Assembly: GCA_043228905.1 (NCBI GenBank)
Contig: JBHGNT010000013.1
Span: 15,314,001 to 15,378,000 of the forward strand
DNA: 64,000 bases
Source of the DNA: Azolla caroliniana
Lineage: Eukaryota; Plantae; Polypodiophyta
Direction of reading: 5' to 3'
This document shows, piece after piece, positions 60,701-64,000 of this stretch. Position 1 is the stretch's first letter, and each line of letters begins with the position of its first letter. A program made the position numbers and the translations under genes. A model generated the notes under the pieces. The model was given only the letters and a program-made list of their open reading frames with translations, made no database searches and was not told where the DNA came from.

Positions 60701-63700
60701 TGCATTCAATATAGAAGAGTAAGAATTGTGTGTGAAAAATGAATACTAGACTACATAAAATGTAAAATATGGTGTCCACAACATCTCTTTGCAATAGTCT
60801 AGATTTCATTCCCTCGTGTGTCTCTAACATCGATGTACTATAGTTAGGTGACATAAAACCGATTGATATGTGTTGGGTTCCTCATCTTTTTGTGAAATTC
60901 ATTGTTTAGAAAACATTAGCATATTTTGTAAAGAATGTCTTTTGCATTATTATAGCCTCTTTATCCAAAGTTGTTCCAATCGAAAATAATTTCACTACTT
61001 TAAGACTAGAGGGAAAAAAAAGTTTGCATTTGTGTTAGCATGAAAATTATTGGCACTTTGCTCTAACTTCTTAAATTTCATAGTCATGAGTACTCCCGTT
61101 TTCCAAACATCTTTAGAGAAGACACAAATACTTTTTTAGGCCAATCATTCAAAGCAATGTAGATGTTTTGAAATGACTAGAGTTCCTAAAGAGGATAGAC
61201 CACTCCCATATGGTCATTTTCAATGTCTGGTAATAAACAATGTCCAATCTAGAATAAGTAACAAAATCACATGTGTCATCCTCTAATTGAGTTGGTTCAT
61301 TCAACCATCTTAGCTCTGTAAATCAAAAGGATGTCCATTAGCTTTTTGTCCTTTCCCATCTTATGATTGCAGTCCATGCTTTATAATCATTCTTGCTATC
61401 ATCCTTAATGTTCATTCATTTGAATATAGTTGAACTCATGTTGGATGAATATTTACCATAACGAAGTTACTACTTACAACTCACTAACATTCAAACCCCT
61501 TTGCATAAAAAATTCATGCACTACCAACACAATTGTAGAATCTGAGGGTCATTATGGTTTCTACTTTTGTCCAAAGTTGTTTTTCGTTAGTGGTTAGTAT
61601 TTTATTTCATGATAATGTCAATAACCTTTGCTTGACCATGTACATAGGAATAAACCCTTAACAATGGTAGTAAACACTTAAACTTAACACTGCAATAAAC
61701 GAGTGTTGTTTTTACTAGTGACGACCATGTAGGTGTTAATCACTTGTACTTGCAAACTAATAGAACAATAATTATCACTAAATGCAATGGCCATTTCTTC
61801 TATCCATAGATTGGGGTTTATAAGGATGAGATGTTGGCTAGAAAGATGGTTGGCCAATATCCATTGGAGTAGCAAGTACTTCATGGTAATTGTTTGTGTC
61901 ATTGACATGTCTTTTGCTAAGGAGACATTAATATGCACACACAATTAATAGACACAAAACTCATAGAATGGGATTGCCTCTCAAGCACAATTACGATGTT
62001 GTTGTCTTGAATGCATATTTGTGCTAAAAAGGCATGCATGCTTATGTACACTTGTCCACTAGTTCTAAGGTGATCTTCTCACAATTGATCTTGAGTGGCA
62101 TGGTGTGCTTGTTAATAACTAGTTTTTTTATTTGGTCTTGAAGACATATTACGTTGTTATAGGCGTATGTTTTATTTAGGGTATGCTCAAGGCGATTGCT
62201 TTGGTTTGGATAGCTACATTCTTGTCACGTCTAGTTCTTTCTACTTTGGGTTCCCAATATGTAGCATCAAAGTCATCATTTTGAGAGATCTCTAGTCTTA
62301 TCCATGCCATAGGTTGGATCCTATCTCATAGATCACAATTGATCTCTTGTGATCTTAAAAAATGTCAATCTATTTATTCACATTGATCAATGTCATGGGT
62401 TGGCTATGATGAAAACTTGCATTGGTATTTAGAGGAAGCCCAATGGATGGCTTGTCCTCATAATCATTTATATTTGTTCCATGACAATTGCTTGTGTTTG
62501 GATAGATCTATATCTTTCGTTATCTACGACTTTCAATACTTCATCCGTCCTCCTTATTTTGGCCATTTTGTTGGTGTTTATATATTTGAGACTTTTCCAA
62601 ATGAAAATTGTACATGATAGTGCACATTGTGAATATGAGAGAAATGTGTGTGGGGTTAGCTCATCGTTGAATATGTGGGAAAAGAAAATTCAAATAAAGT
62701 GTATATAATGCCTGAAGCAAGAGCTTTGCCATCTCTCTCAAGTTGTGATATGCATGATGAAACTTGGTTTGATAAATATATATATTGTTGTTTTATTTCT
62801 TGACACGTAGATCATTGCATTGATGAGAACCACATGGGATCAATTTCATTTACCTCTTAGATGTGATCATATTTGCAACTCATTATTTGTTCGGTTCTCT
62901 ATTCCAAATTTATTAATAGAGGAACCATGTAAAGTTTGGTTATTGTAGCAAAACAATATATTCATTGTGCACACATGGCATTTTTATTTATTAAAGACAT
63001 AAATTGGGTGGTGGTGAATTGTGAGTTACATGCCACATTACCTTATTTGTACAAATGGTGTCATCATGCATTGGATGTAAAATGGTGATAGATCTAATGA
63101 AATCCTCGGGCATTGCCACGTGTATGCAACGTCGTCCAACGTTGACATCTCTTCTCACTAGATTAAGGTCACAAGGTAAAGTTAGAGAAATTTGATGACA
63201 ATAAAGAGAAACAAGAAAATTAGAAAGAAAAAGAATAAAAACAACTAAATAGAGTCATTATGAAATAGAGAAAAAAACAAATGATTGAAAAACATCAAAT
63301 TTCTTCTCTTAAGAAAGGGGAATTGAGCTTCCAAAAGGGAATATTCCAAATCACAAAAGAAGTGAGAATAGTAGAAAAAAGAGAAATAAAAAAAATAGGG
63401 TTCCGAGAGAGATTTGTGAAATTGGGAACTGTGTAAACTAATCCAATTTGGAGGAATGCTTTTGGCTATTTGTATTCCTTAATAATCTCCCTCCCCCCTC
63501 TCTCATAATCTTTGAATCTTGTGATTTAATGAACTTATAATTTGATAAAATTCATCAAATTTATGTAGTTAGAATTAATAACAAATCTAAATAACTTCAC
63601 TCGATTGCTAGAAATCCTAAATTCCATTGTTTGATGGGCAAATTGGGTGTGTTTCCATTCATAGGTTTTAAAGACTGTCATATTTAGTATGAGTAATGAA

Positions 63701-64000
63701 ACGCCTTGGGTTGTATGCGATAATTGTGAGCATTATGAACTTGGATAGTTCTTGTTCCCCTTTCAATGGGTCTTTACTTTGAAAGTTTAAGATTTACGTC
63801 CCCAACTGTAAAAGGTAGTGTTTGACTCCTTAGGTGTTGGGCTTCATGGAGTCCACAACATGTACTTAAGTCGAAAGGAAAATTGATTGGTGATTCTTGG
63901 AAGTGACTTTTATATGTACATTGTACACAAAATAGTTACATTTATCACAACTAAGTCTTACAACATCTTATATTGTTTAACCTTAAATATTCTAGCTTCT

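Noticed and set aside
58700-64000. Possible old retroelement remnants in the right-hand AT-rich region
   Set aside because: Too degraded for any diagnostic motif or boundary to be identified by eye.

Overview
Eukaryotic land-plant nuclear DNA, most likely a fern, judging from recalled similarity of the PPR, LINE and Copia proteins and the long AT-rich introns. It is not prokaryotic and has no CRISPR array. Four apparently intact genes are supported: a 2-exon GPI-anchored protein of the At3g06035/At5g19250 type (11025-12449 +), a 12-exon Rubisco-activase-like AAA+ ATPase with a 10-bp micro-exon (32333-38224 +), a 3-exon tonoplast aquaporin (42768-44536 +) and a single-exon PB1-domain protein (55467-57788 -). 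The probable first coding exon of a fifth gene runs off the left edge. The 13.5-32 kb block is a nested retroelement cluster. It holds a full-length decayed Ty1/copia element whose LTRs carry a 40-bp tandem array (6 vs 7 units), an RT-less copia deletion derivative with both LTRs and TSD, truncated copia pieces, and two decayed non-gag/pol ORFs behind LTR-like promoters. Elsewhere are three hAT-type non-autonomous elements with 8-bp TSDs, a solo LTR, LINE remnants, a short poly(A) retroposon with a 16-bp TSD, a PPR pseudogene, a SAC/FIG4 phosphatase fragment and several tandem duplications. I found no clear-cut novel system; the best leads are the TE-borne accessory ORFs and the LTR array. All homology calls come from motif recognition, not database searches.
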